From positions 1 through 28,302 of the IMG/VR virus record IMGVR_UViG_3300038552_000015: a DNA stretch of 28,302 bases, one strand, 5' to 3'. The notes under the pieces were generated by a model. That model was not told the origin of the DNA and ran no database searches. It saw nothing but the letters and a program-made list of their open reading frames with translations. The position numbers and the translations under genes are program-made. This document shows positions 1-7,540 of this stretch, piece by piece. This DNA comes from a virus. Its lineage: Duplodnaviria; Caudoviricetes. Numbering within the stretch: position 1 is the stretch's first letter; each line of letters begins with the position of its first letter.

Positions 1-2
1 GT

Positions 3-1184
3 GCGTATGTGAACGGAAGAACATTCGTTCACTTTGAAAATTTTACCACGCATGAATACAATACCAGTGGAAATACTTTTCCATCAGTTCCTTTTAGTGG
101 TCTAAACAATAGTGATGTTACGGTTATCGGTGCTAGCAACAATTATCTCATTGCAGTCGCTGGTATTACGGTCTACTGGTCAAGTCTTGTAGATCCTACA
201 GATTTCGTACCATCTCTTCAGACTGGTGCAGGAAATGCAATTCCGCAGGACATGAAAGGCATTGCCCGCGCCATTGTACCAATCTCCGGGGGCTTTGTAA
301 TTTATACTACTAAAAATGCAATTGCAGCCCTCTATACGAATAATGCTAGAGCGCCATTTGTATTTAGAGAGATTTCCAATGCTGGTGGAGTAATGGGGCC
401 AGAGCAGATTAGTTTGGAAGCAACTCTAGGCTTCCATTATGCATGGACAACAGGTGGCCTCCAGAAAATTAGTTCCAACAACGCCGAGAGTCTTTCTAGC
501 GGCGCAATGGATTTCTTGGCGGGGCGCGTCCTTGAAGAATTTGACTTAACTACCAAGACTCTTACATTCCAGCGACTGAATGAAGATCTTAAGGTAAAAC
601 TTACTTACGTTAGTAGCCGTTTTCTCGTAATTTCTTACGGGCGGCCTACAAACCCACTACAAGTTTATACTCATGCACTCGTCTATGATCTGGGTTTGAA
701 GCGTTGGGGAAAACTGCGTATTGACCATGTAGACTGTTTACTGTATCCCTACCCTAATCTGCCGGGAGTAATTACAGAGACTCCCCCAAAACGTAGTCTT
801 GCCTTCCTCAAATCTTCTGGACAGATAGATCTTGTAATTATGGACTATCGGGAACGCGCCAACCAAGGAGTTATTCTCCTTGGAAAGTATCAACTCATTC
901 GTCAAAAGAGAGTTACCTTTCAATTTGTAGAGCTAGAAGGTCTGCATCAAGCATACCCGCCTAGCGTGTTTTTACAGGTAAGCTATGATGGTAAGAAATT
1001 GGAAGCTCCTGAAGAGCTACAAGTTTTACTGAATAACGGTGATGGTGGAGTTGTAAAGTATGGTGCTCCTGCGCCTACAACTCACGCTAAATCCAGAACT
1101 GGTGTTAACTTTACTCTTGGGGTTATTGGATCATTTGAATTGAATACTGCTACATTTACTATTACGCGACACGGAAATCGTTAA
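3..1184 (+). CDS. Tail/DNA stabilisation protein (P22 gp10-like / tail nozzle), 5'-truncated
   Basis: The frame is open from the window edge (GCG TAT GTG AAC). The protein is beta-rich with a 'YWSSLVDPTDF...G' segment and a late 'LVYDLGLKRWG' motif typical of podovirus stabilisation proteins. It heads the tail gene block. Confidence 0.65.
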   Translation, partial: AYVNGRTFVHFENFTTHEYNTSGNTFPSVPFSGLNNSDVTVIGASNNYLIAVAGITVYWSSLVDPTDFVPSLQTGAGNAIPQDMKGIARAIVPISGGFVIYTTKNAIAALYTNNARAPFVFREISNAGGVMGPEQISLEATLGFHYAWTTGGLQKISSNNAESLSSGAMDFLAGRVLEEFDLTTKTLTFQRLNEDLKVKLTYVSSRFLVISYGRPTNPLQVYTHALVYDLGLKRWGKLRIDHVDCLLYPYPNLPGVITETPPKRSLAFLKSSGQIDLVIMDYRERANQGVILLGKYQLIRQKRVTFQFVELEGLHQAYPPSVFLQVSYDGKKLEAPEELQVLLNNGDGGVVKYGAPAPTTHAKSRTGVNFTLGVIGSFELNTATFTITRHGNR

Positions 1185-1188
1185 GTAA

Positions 1189-1755
1189 ATGGCAAACGAT
1201 AGCAGAATTATCGTAGGACTTCCACAATTTCCTGAGAATGTTCCTCAGGAATTATTCAATTCATTCTTCACTGTCTACACTGCCATCCATAATTTGGCAA
1301 GAAGTCTTAGTCTTTATGCTGGCGTAGATCCGGTACCTGAGGCAGAACAATCTCAAGTAACTGTAGATGATACAATTCAGGATGGAAACTTAAACCGCTG
1401 GTACGCCAAGGCTAATGAAATTATTAGTTTTGGAGCTGCGGTAAGCCCAATTCTAGTAGGATCTGAGCTACAAGTACGCTTGGCAAATGCTACCAATGCT
1501 AGTAGATGGTGCTGTGGCTTTGTAAACTCTATTGGAACTTTTTCCGCAGGGCAATATGTAGAAATTCGCACTAGAGGTTTAATTACTGGTGTAGCTGGAA
1601 TGATCTCAGGCGACCGTTATTGGCTTAGTACTACAAACGGAGTTATTCAAAATGCTGCACCAGCAGGCGCTGGAAATATTGTCCAAGTATTGGGTTTTGC
1701 TCTTAGCCCTACTAGGTTGCTATCTAATCCTAGCTTCTATTTCCCGACGGTCTGA
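1189..1755 (+). CDS. Virion structural protein with a C-terminal capsid-cement/fibre-base-like domain
   Basis: 188-aa ORF. The C-terminal 'G.YVEIRTRGLITGVAG..SGDRYWLSTTNG.IQ..AP..G.IVQVLGFALS' pattern recurs in phage structural proteins. Structural gene context. Confidence 0.55.
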   Translation: MANDSRIIVGLPQFPENVPQELFNSFFTVYTAIHNLARSLSLYAGVDPVPEAEQSQVTVDDTIQDGNLNRWYAKANEIISFGAAVSPILVGSELQVRLANATNASRWCCGFVNSIGTFSAGQYVEIRTRGLITGVAGMISGDRYWLSTTNGVIQNAAPAGAGNIVQVLGFALSPTRLLSNPSFYFPTV

Positions 1756-1762
1756 GGCTAAA

Positions 1763-2080
1763 ATGGACGAAGAAGCAGAGCACGAAGAGCGTAGAAGAAT
1801 AGTACGAATCCCCGTACCGTGGAGTAGAAATCCTATTGAATTTCGAGGATATGATTTAGTACTTGTTCTTTCTGCGGCCAGCTTGCCATTTATTGCATAC
1901 TTTTTGTATGTAATTTACACTGATGGAGAGCACGCTCATCTTAAAATTATGGAAGCACTTAATGAACAAACTTATGTGCTTTCATTGCCACAAGAAAAAC
2001 GGGAAGCTCTAAATATTTCAATGCCAGAAAGTCTCAAGACTAAAATTCGCAAACGCAGGCAATTGGAGCGTGAGGAATAA
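1763..2080 (+). CDS. Small single-pass membrane protein (hypothetical, possibly lysis-related)
   Basis: Start reassigned from 1652 to the ATG at 1763 (GAGG upstream, directly after the previous stop). One hydrophobic segment, LVLVLSAASLPFIAYFLYVIY, and a basic C-terminus. Confidence 0.6.
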   Translation: MDEEAEHEERRRIVRIPVPWSRNPIEFRGYDLVLVLSAASLPFIAYFLYVIYTDGEHAHLKIMEALNEQTYVLSLPQEKREALNISMPESLKTKIRKRRQLEREE

Positions 2081-2083
2081 ACT

Positions 2084-2407
2084 ATGTCGCGCGCAAACGT
2101 AGAAGAAATTGTAGAGGCGATTGTTTCTGCGTCTCCGGCGCGTACTATTGCAGTAATCATTGTAGATGGAGCTGGGGAAACTGAAGAAGGAAAAAAATTA
2201 AAAGATCTAGAAGAAGGTCTTGATTACTCTGAATATCCTTTTGAAGGCCCACAGGATGATATTGAATATGAAAAAGATTTCTTCCTGCGCGCTTTTATGG
2301 AAGCAATTTTTGGAAAGCAAAAAGAATTTGCAGGCGGCGGTGGTGGTAGTGATGAGAATGCAATTCTCCAATCTGCGGGTGGCGGCTCCCTGCTAAGGTC
2401 TCCATAA
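2084..2407 (+). CDS. Hypothetical acidic protein, translationally coupled to the fibre gene
   Basis: 107 aa with a GAGG RBS. TAATG stop/start overlap with the next gene. Confidence 0.6.
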   Translation: MSRANVEEIVEAIVSASPARTIAVIIVDGAGETEEGKKLKDLEEGLDYSEYPFEGPQDDIEYEKDFFLRAFMEAIFGKQKEFAGGGGGSDENAILQSAGGGSLLRSP

Positions 2408-4563
2408 TGTCCGGTCTGCCAATCTTTGCGTTTCCAGAGCCTAGTGGCCCACAGCTAAGTGCTGGCCTGTTTGTTATTGATGTAAGTAGTACGACTAACT
2501 TTCGTGTACCTTTTACTCAGTTAGCAGCCGCTATTGCTGTTGGCGGCGCTGCCATTAACTTTAGCGCAGGCACCACAAGTGCCAATCTCCAGTCAGTAGT
2601 CTTTGGAGATGCTAATGGAGTTTCATTTGGGCTAAACGGCGGCACTATTACTGCTAGTGCTGCACCTGCGGCTCCTGCTGGGTCTATTTCTGCTGGCACT
2701 ACAAATGCAACTCTTGGCCAAGTAGAATTTTCCAATGCTAATGGTATTTCTTTTGGCGTTAATGGCCAAACAGTTACTGCTAGCCACAATGCTTTAACTA
2801 GTCAAAGTAATCAAGCACTTAGTGGCTCTAATGGGTCTTTTACTTTTCAAACTGCTACGTTTGGAAATTTGAATGGAATGAGTTTTTATACTTCCAATGG
2901 CTCTCTCGTTGGAAGTTATACTGTTCCTTCCATTCCATCGCTCACGCCATACTTTAGCAATACAAATACTACATTCAATGGAACGAACATCAGTGGGTCT
3001 CTTACCCACAATACTGATGGACTGCGGGTAGATCTCTCAGTTGCAGCGCCCGGCGGCGGTGGAGCAGTAAACTTTTCTGCAGGAACTACTAGTAACAATC
3101 TTCAATCTGTAGTTTTTAGTAATTCCAATGGATTTTCTTTTGGCTTGGACGGTAGTACTATTACAGGTGCTTATACTGTACCTACCCAATCTGTACAACC
3201 GGGCATTCAATCCATCAGTGCGGGCACTACAAGAATTACTACAGGAGAAGCAGTATTCTCTAACTCCAACGGTATTTCTTTTGGAGTAAATGGACAGACA
3301 ATCACCGGAAGCCACAATGGACTCACAAGCCAATCTAACCAAGCAGCAAGTGGACAGAATGGTAGCTTTACATTCCAAACTCTCGGATTTAGTAACGCTA
3401 ATGGAATCAGCTTTGGCACGAGCGCAGGCAACTCAATCACAGCTAGTCATAATGGACTTACGAGTCAAAGCAATCAGGCACTTAGTGGATCAAATGGCAG
3501 TTTCACTTTCCAAACTGCAACTTTCGGAAACCTCAACGGATTCAGTTTCTACACCTCCAACGGCTCATTAGTTGGTAGTTATACCGTACCATCTGTACCA
3601 TCTGTAACGCAATACTTCAGTAATACTGCTACTACATTCAATGGTACAAATATCTCTGGCTCGCTTACCATTAACACTAATGGATTGCGAGTTGATCTTT
3701 CTGTAGCTGCCCCCGGAGCAGCAGCCGAGGCGAATTGGCATCATCTACTTGGCGCCAATACTTCTGGAAACACCACGGCCAGTGGTTCTACTATTGGGTT
3801 TTCTGGAATTAATCTTACACTTTCTGGAACTAATGGAAGTGTAATTAATTTCAGTGCTCCCCCCACATCTAGTCTTTCTGCAATTACTAACATTACTATT
3901 GGTACTACTGGGTCTACTATTGGATTCAGTGTAGGGGCAGGTGGCGGTGGCGGAGGATTTACTGCTCCGGGATACCATCCATATGATGACTTAGTACAAA
4001 TAGTTGCTCAAGTTGGACAAGGATCTCTTATTATTGATCCTCAAAATCTCCCTAATATATCTTTTGACCGACTTGTTCTTGGACTACAGAATACCAATAG
4101 TTCCAACTCTTCTGGCTCCCATACACTTCGTTTCTCTGTAGGACTCTATACGCGAGATGCCAGTAGACTTTCCCTATTTACTTCCTTTACTGGCTCTACA
4201 GCAGTAACTCATTCTGGAACTGCTGGCTCTTACTCTTGGTATTCTGGAAACAGAATGTTTCCAATTACATTTGGTGCTACTAGTATTCCAGAAAATCGGT
4301 ACTGGATTGCATTCATTAGTTCTACCAGCACTGCTGGCGCCAATGGATCGTATTCGAATATGCTAGTTAGCAATATTAGTTCTAACTTTTCTGGGCAGTT
4401 TGGAACTGCGACTAATGCTACTAAGCAACCGCGCCTAGGACAAGGATTCTACAGCGCGTCAACTACTGCATTTCCTGCGTCTATTGCATTTAGCCAGATC
4501 AACGGAACTCATGCATCTGCTAGGCGTTTCCCTGTAATTGGATTTGGAAGCAGCACTTACTAA
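2407..4563 (+). CDS. Repeat-built fibre protein (tail or head fibre), rich in Ser/Thr/Gly/Asn
   Basis: 718 aa. Recurrent 'F.N.NG.SF..NG.T.T.S' units resemble trimeric beta-spiral shaft repeats, with Gly linkers and a roughly 200-aa non-repetitive C-terminal head. I count a single Lys and no Cys. Confidence 0.7.
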   Translation: MSGLPIFAFPEPSGPQLSAGLFVIDVSSTTNFRVPFTQLAAAIAVGGAAINFSAGTTSANLQSVVFGDANGVSFGLNGGTITASAAPAAPAGSISAGTTNATLGQVEFSNANGISFGVNGQTVTASHNALTSQSNQALSGSNGSFTFQTATFGNLNGMSFYTSNGSLVGSYTVPSIPSLTPYFSNTNTTFNGTNISGSLTHNTDGLRVDLSVAAPGGGGAVNFSAGTTSNNLQSVVFSNSNGFSFGLDGSTITGAYTVPTQSVQPGIQSISAGTTRITTGEAVFSNSNGISFGVNGQTITGSHNGLTSQSNQAASGQNGSFTFQTLGFSNANGISFGTSAGNSITASHNGLTSQSNQALSGSNGSFTFQTATFGNLNGFSFYTSNGSLVGSYTVPSVPSVTQYFSNTATTFNGTNISGSLTINTNGLRVDLSVAAPGAAAEANWHHLLGANTSGNTTASGSTIGFSGINLTLSGTNGSVINFSAPPTSSLSAITNITIGTTGSTIGFSVGAGGGGGGFTAPGYHPYDDLVQIVAQVGQGSLIIDPQNLPNISFDRLVLGLQNTNSSNSSGSHTLRFSVGLYTRDASRLSLFTSFTGSTAVTHSGTAGSYSWYSGNRMFPITFGATSIPENRYWIAFISSTSTAGANGSYSNMLVSNISSNFSGQFGTATNATKQPRLGQGFYSASTTAFPASIAFSQINGTHASARRFPVIGFGSSTY
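2779..3054 (+). repeat. Intragenic direct repeat, copy 1 (276 nt / 92 aa)
   Basis: ASHNALTSQSNQ...LRVDLSVAAPG; 84 of 92 aa identical to copy 2 by manual alignment. Confidence 0.9.
3442..3717 (+). repeat. Intragenic direct repeat, copy 2 (276 nt / 92 aa)
   Basis: ASHNGLTSQSNQ...LRVDLSVAAPG; same length as copy 1, with many synonymous differences. Confidence 0.9.
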
Positions 4564-4569
4564 AGTTGT

Positions 4570-5238
4570 ATGCCGACGCCTTCCAGAACTGGCACTGCGG
4601 TACAAATTGATGCTTCAGGCGCAGGAAGTGGTAGCGGTTCCCATACTATCCCAGCAGATTGCAATCTTGTAGTAGCACATTGGGCACATTTTGATAGTAA
4701 TGGAGGAACAACTTTAGCAACTCTTACTCTCAATGGAGTAAGTTTTCTTCCAGCAAAAGCAGAAATTGAAGAAGGATCTATAACTGATGCATCTGGGCAC
4801 GGTGTAGCAATTTTAGTAAACCCTGCAACTGGGTCTCAAACTGTTGCATGGGCGTGGTCTGGGGGCGGTGCAAGAACTGAAGGTGGCTGGATTGTTCTTG
4901 TATTTTATAAAGATGCTAACACAGGTGATCCTTTCAGAGCTGCCGATGTAGATGTACAAGTAAGTACAAATAATTGTTCTGTAACTATTTCTAGTGATCC
5001 TACAGACATTATTAGTGCAGCGTGCCAATCTTTTAATGCCAACCCTTCTCTAGACGGATCAGTATTCATCAATGATGTAACTCTTAATTCAGAAAGATAT
5101 GATGTAAGTGACGTAACTCCGAGTGGTGGTGCGTCTACTACGGTAAATATGACAGGAGAAGCTTATTCGTCTATGTCAGCTATTTCATTAAAAGCTAGCG
5201 CAGATACTGGAATAGTAGCTGCATGGTTAACTGCATAA
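4570..5238 (+). CDS. Putative virion accessory/fibre-associated beta-sandwich protein
   Basis: 222 aa, rich in Ser/Thr/Gly/Ala and beta-strand-like, directly after the fibre gene. Confidence 0.5.
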   Translation: MPTPSRTGTAVQIDASGAGSGSGSHTIPADCNLVVAHWAHFDSNGGTTLATLTLNGVSFLPAKAEIEEGSITDASGHGVAILVNPATGSQTVAWAWSGGGARTEGGWIVLVFYKDANTGDPFRAADVDVQVSTNNCSVTISSDPTDIISAACQSFNANPSLDGSVFINDVTLNSERYDVSDVTPSGGASTTVNMTGEAYSSMSAISLKASADTGIVAAWLTA

Positions 5239-5245
5239 ATAAATT

Positions 5246-5983
5246 ATGGATATCAAACCTCAAATTGTAGTTCAAGATATTGGCGGTATTCACAACTCCG
5301 ATTTAAATGCAGCACACGCAAGAATTTTTCGTGGCGGAAGTTGGAAACAACAACGTATTATTGTTATTGTTCCTGCTGCTGCAACTATTCCTGCAAAAGT
5401 ATATTTATCACATACAAACCTAATCTATCCTCCCAATAACGGGGTATATCGTTATTTGGCACTAGGAATAGAAGTAGGTGAAGCGTACAGTACAGCAATC
5501 AATGAAATTATTAATCATCCACAACTTAAAGATTGGGAATACATTCTCACTCTTGAGCATGATAATTCTCCGCCGCATGATGGCGTGATGAAACTTTTGG
5601 AACAAATGGAAGCTCACCCAGAGTATGCAGCAATTGGTGGGCTATATTTTACTAAAGGTTATGGCGGAGTACCTCAGATTTGGGGCGAAAGAGCTGATCC
5701 CATGATTAATTTTCGCCCTCAGCCACCAGATTTGAATGGCGGACTTGTAGAATGTTATGGAACTGGTATGGGGTTTACTATGTTCCGTACTGCAATGTTT
5801 AAAGATTCTAAACTCCGGCGCCCGTGGTTTGTAACTCAGACGAAAGAAGGCGTAGGAACTCAAGATCTTTACTTCTGGTCAGACGCTCAAAAGTTTGGAT
5901 ACCGCTGTGCAATTGATTGTAGTATTAGAGTTGGTCATTACGACCTTGAAGGTAAATTCGGCCCTCCTGACACAATGTGGTGA
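5246..5983 (+). CDS. GT-A fold glycosyltransferase (GT2-like)
   Basis: 'EYILTLEHDNSPP' at the DxD position, plus 'AIGGLYF', 'GTGMGFTMFRTAMF', 'RPWF' and 'GTQDLYF...GYRCAIDCSIRVGH', matching the GT2-like C-terminal 'GED..F...G..i..D..i.vgH' pattern. Confidence 0.8.
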   Translation: MDIKPQIVVQDIGGIHNSDLNAAHARIFRGGSWKQQRIIVIVPAAATIPAKVYLSHTNLIYPPNNGVYRYLALGIEVGEAYSTAINEIINHPQLKDWEYILTLEHDNSPPHDGVMKLLEQMEAHPEYAAIGGLYFTKGYGGVPQIWGERADPMINFRPQPPDLNGGLVECYGTGMGFTMFRTAMFKDSKLRRPWFVTQTKEGVGTQDLYFWSDAQKFGYRCAIDCSIRVGHYDLEGKFGPPDTMW

Positions 5984-5992
5984 AAGACTAAA

Positions 5993-6604
5993 ATGATTGC
6001 TCAACCTCTTCCAGAAAAAACACTTCTCAAACTTGATCTCGGTTGTGGAACACGCAAACAAGAAGGATTTATTGGCGTAGATAGTATGAGTTTTAAAGGT
6101 GTAGATATGCATTGCGATCTAGCTAAAACTCCTTGGGTACTTACTCCGTGGGCAACACGCAGTGATACTGGAGAAACTTATGCTGTTCCAGGCGCAGATC
6201 CTCTCCCCAACGAATCTGTAGCAGAAGTATTTTGCTGTCATTTCATTGAACATCTAGATGCACAAGAACGCATCAATTTTGTCAATGAACTTTGGAGAGT
6301 TCTAGTCCCCGGTGGCAAAGCAGTTATTATTGTCCCCTACTGGGCAAGTGCCCGCGCCTACGGGGATCTTACTCATAAATGGCCGCCAGTTTCTGAATTC
6401 TGGTTCGGATACCTATCTAAAGCATGGCGCGAAGCCAATGCTCCACACAATGATTTTTACAAATGTAATTTCACCGTAACTGGCGACTGGACAATGCATC
6501 CCGCGTTAACAGCTAGGAATGATGAATTTAAATCATTTGCCATCCAATTTTACAAAGAAGCTGCTCAAGATATGCGCGCACTCTTTGTCAAGGAACCAAT
6601 GTGA
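5993..6604 (+). CDS. Class I SAM-dependent methyltransferase (Methyltransf_11-like)
   Basis: Motif I 'KLDLGCG', then 'GFIGVD', 'PLPNESVAEVFCCHFIEHL', 'ELWRVLVPGG' and 'GDLTHK'. No DNA methyltransferase catalytic DPPY/NPPY motif. Confidence 0.85.
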   Translation: MIAQPLPEKTLLKLDLGCGTRKQEGFIGVDSMSFKGVDMHCDLAKTPWVLTPWATRSDTGETYAVPGADPLPNESVAEVFCCHFIEHLDAQERINFVNELWRVLVPGGKAVIIVPYWASARAYGDLTHKWPPVSEFWFGYLSKAWREANAPHNDFYKCNFTVTGDWTMHPALTARNDEFKSFAIQFYKEAAQDMRALFVKEPM

Positions 6605-7002
6605 CGCCAAAAGTTTACATCTTACGAACTAGGCGCCCAGAAGGTGCTTTTGGTATGATGTTTGATATGTATGGGCAACCATTTGCTGTTACACTAGAAC
6701 ATACTTTTGCAGACGGAAAATCTCTGCTATCTCCCGGTGTATACGATTGCCACAGAGACAAGTATCACAAGGGTGGATATGATACATTTGAAATTGAAGT
6801 GCAAGGCCACGACAGAATTCTTTTCCATAAAGCAAATCTAGAAACCCAGTTAGCAGGGTGTGTTGCAATAGGGGAAAAGTTTGAAGATTTTAATGGTGTT
6901 CCCGGCATTGCAGAAAGTGGGATTGGATTCAATCAGTTTTGGGCAAAGTATGGAATGTTCGAACGTATTCAGTTAGATATAAAGGAAATGGAGATTCTCT
7001 AA
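6601..7002 (+). CDS. DUF5675-family L,D-peptidase-like protein, putative endolysin
   Basis: 'VTLE...LSPGVY', 'EVQGHDRILFHKAN...LAGCVAIG' gives the His...Cys pair of DUF5675/YkuD-like enzymes. The GTG start overlaps the previous stop, and the gene is adjacent to a membrane protein. Confidence 0.75.
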   Translation: MTPKVYILRTRRPEGAFGMMFDMYGQPFAVTLEHTFADGKSLLSPGVYDCHRDKYHKGGYDTFEIEVQGHDRILFHKANLETQLAGCVAIGEKFEDFNGVPGIAESGIGFNQFWAKYGMFERIQLDIKEMEIL

Positions 7003-7538
7003 TGGTTGCGCCATTGATCCCGATCCTTCTTCAACTTGCTAGTTTTGCGCCTTCTCTAATGAAATTTGTTGGAGCGGGCGACAAAGCTACTAAAATCACT
7101 GAAGAAGTTGTAAATGTGGTGCAAACTGTTACGGGAGCTAAGGCGCCAGAAGAAGCTGTAGAGATTCTTCGCGCAAACCCCGACAAAGTTTTAGAGTTCC
7201 GGCGCATGGTGCAAGAGAATGAAATGCGTTGGGATGAAATGTACTTGAAAGATGTACAATCTGCTCGCGATAGAGATGTAAAACTAGCTCAAGCAGGCTA
7301 TAGAAACTATCGTGCTCACCTAATGTTTGGAATTGCAGTAGGCGTAATCGTCTTTCTCCTTTACATGGTGTGGGCAGATCAAGCAATTAATGAATACGTT
7401 AAAGGAATTGTAACACTGGTACTCGGTAGGTTCCTTGGCTATCTAGATGCTATTTACAATTTCGAATTTGGTACGACTCGTTCTAGCAAAGCTAAAGACG
7501 AGACCATTGGCAATCTTACTTCTAAGCTTGGAGGGTAG
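7002..7538 (+). CDS. Holin-like membrane protein
   Basis: Start reassigned to the ATG at 7002 (TAATG overlap). N-terminal amphipathic helix, 'DVQSARDRD', two TM segments and a 'FEFGTTRSSKAKD' tail, as in phage 3TM-type holin-like proteins. Confidence 0.7.
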   Translation: MVAPLIPILLQLASFAPSLMKFVGAGDKATKITEEVVNVVQTVTGAKAPEEAVEILRANPDKVLEFRRMVQENEMRWDEMYLKDVQSARDRDVKLAQAGYRNYRAHLMFGIAVGVIVFLLYMVWADQAINEYVKGIVTLVLGRFLGYLDAIYNFEFGTTRSSKAKDETIGNLTSKLGG

Positions 7539-7540
7539 CG

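Noticed and set aside
1652-1762. Hydrophobic N-terminal extensions in the ORF track (1652, also 6939 and 9294)
   Set aside because: They overlap upstream genes out of frame. The downstream ATGs at 1763, 7002 and 9393 have an RBS or stop/start coupling.
2779-3717. Fibre repeat pair as a DGR template/variable repeat
   Set aside because: The differences are mostly synonymous and not confined to adenines, both copies are in frame mid-gene, and no reverse transcriptase is present in the window.
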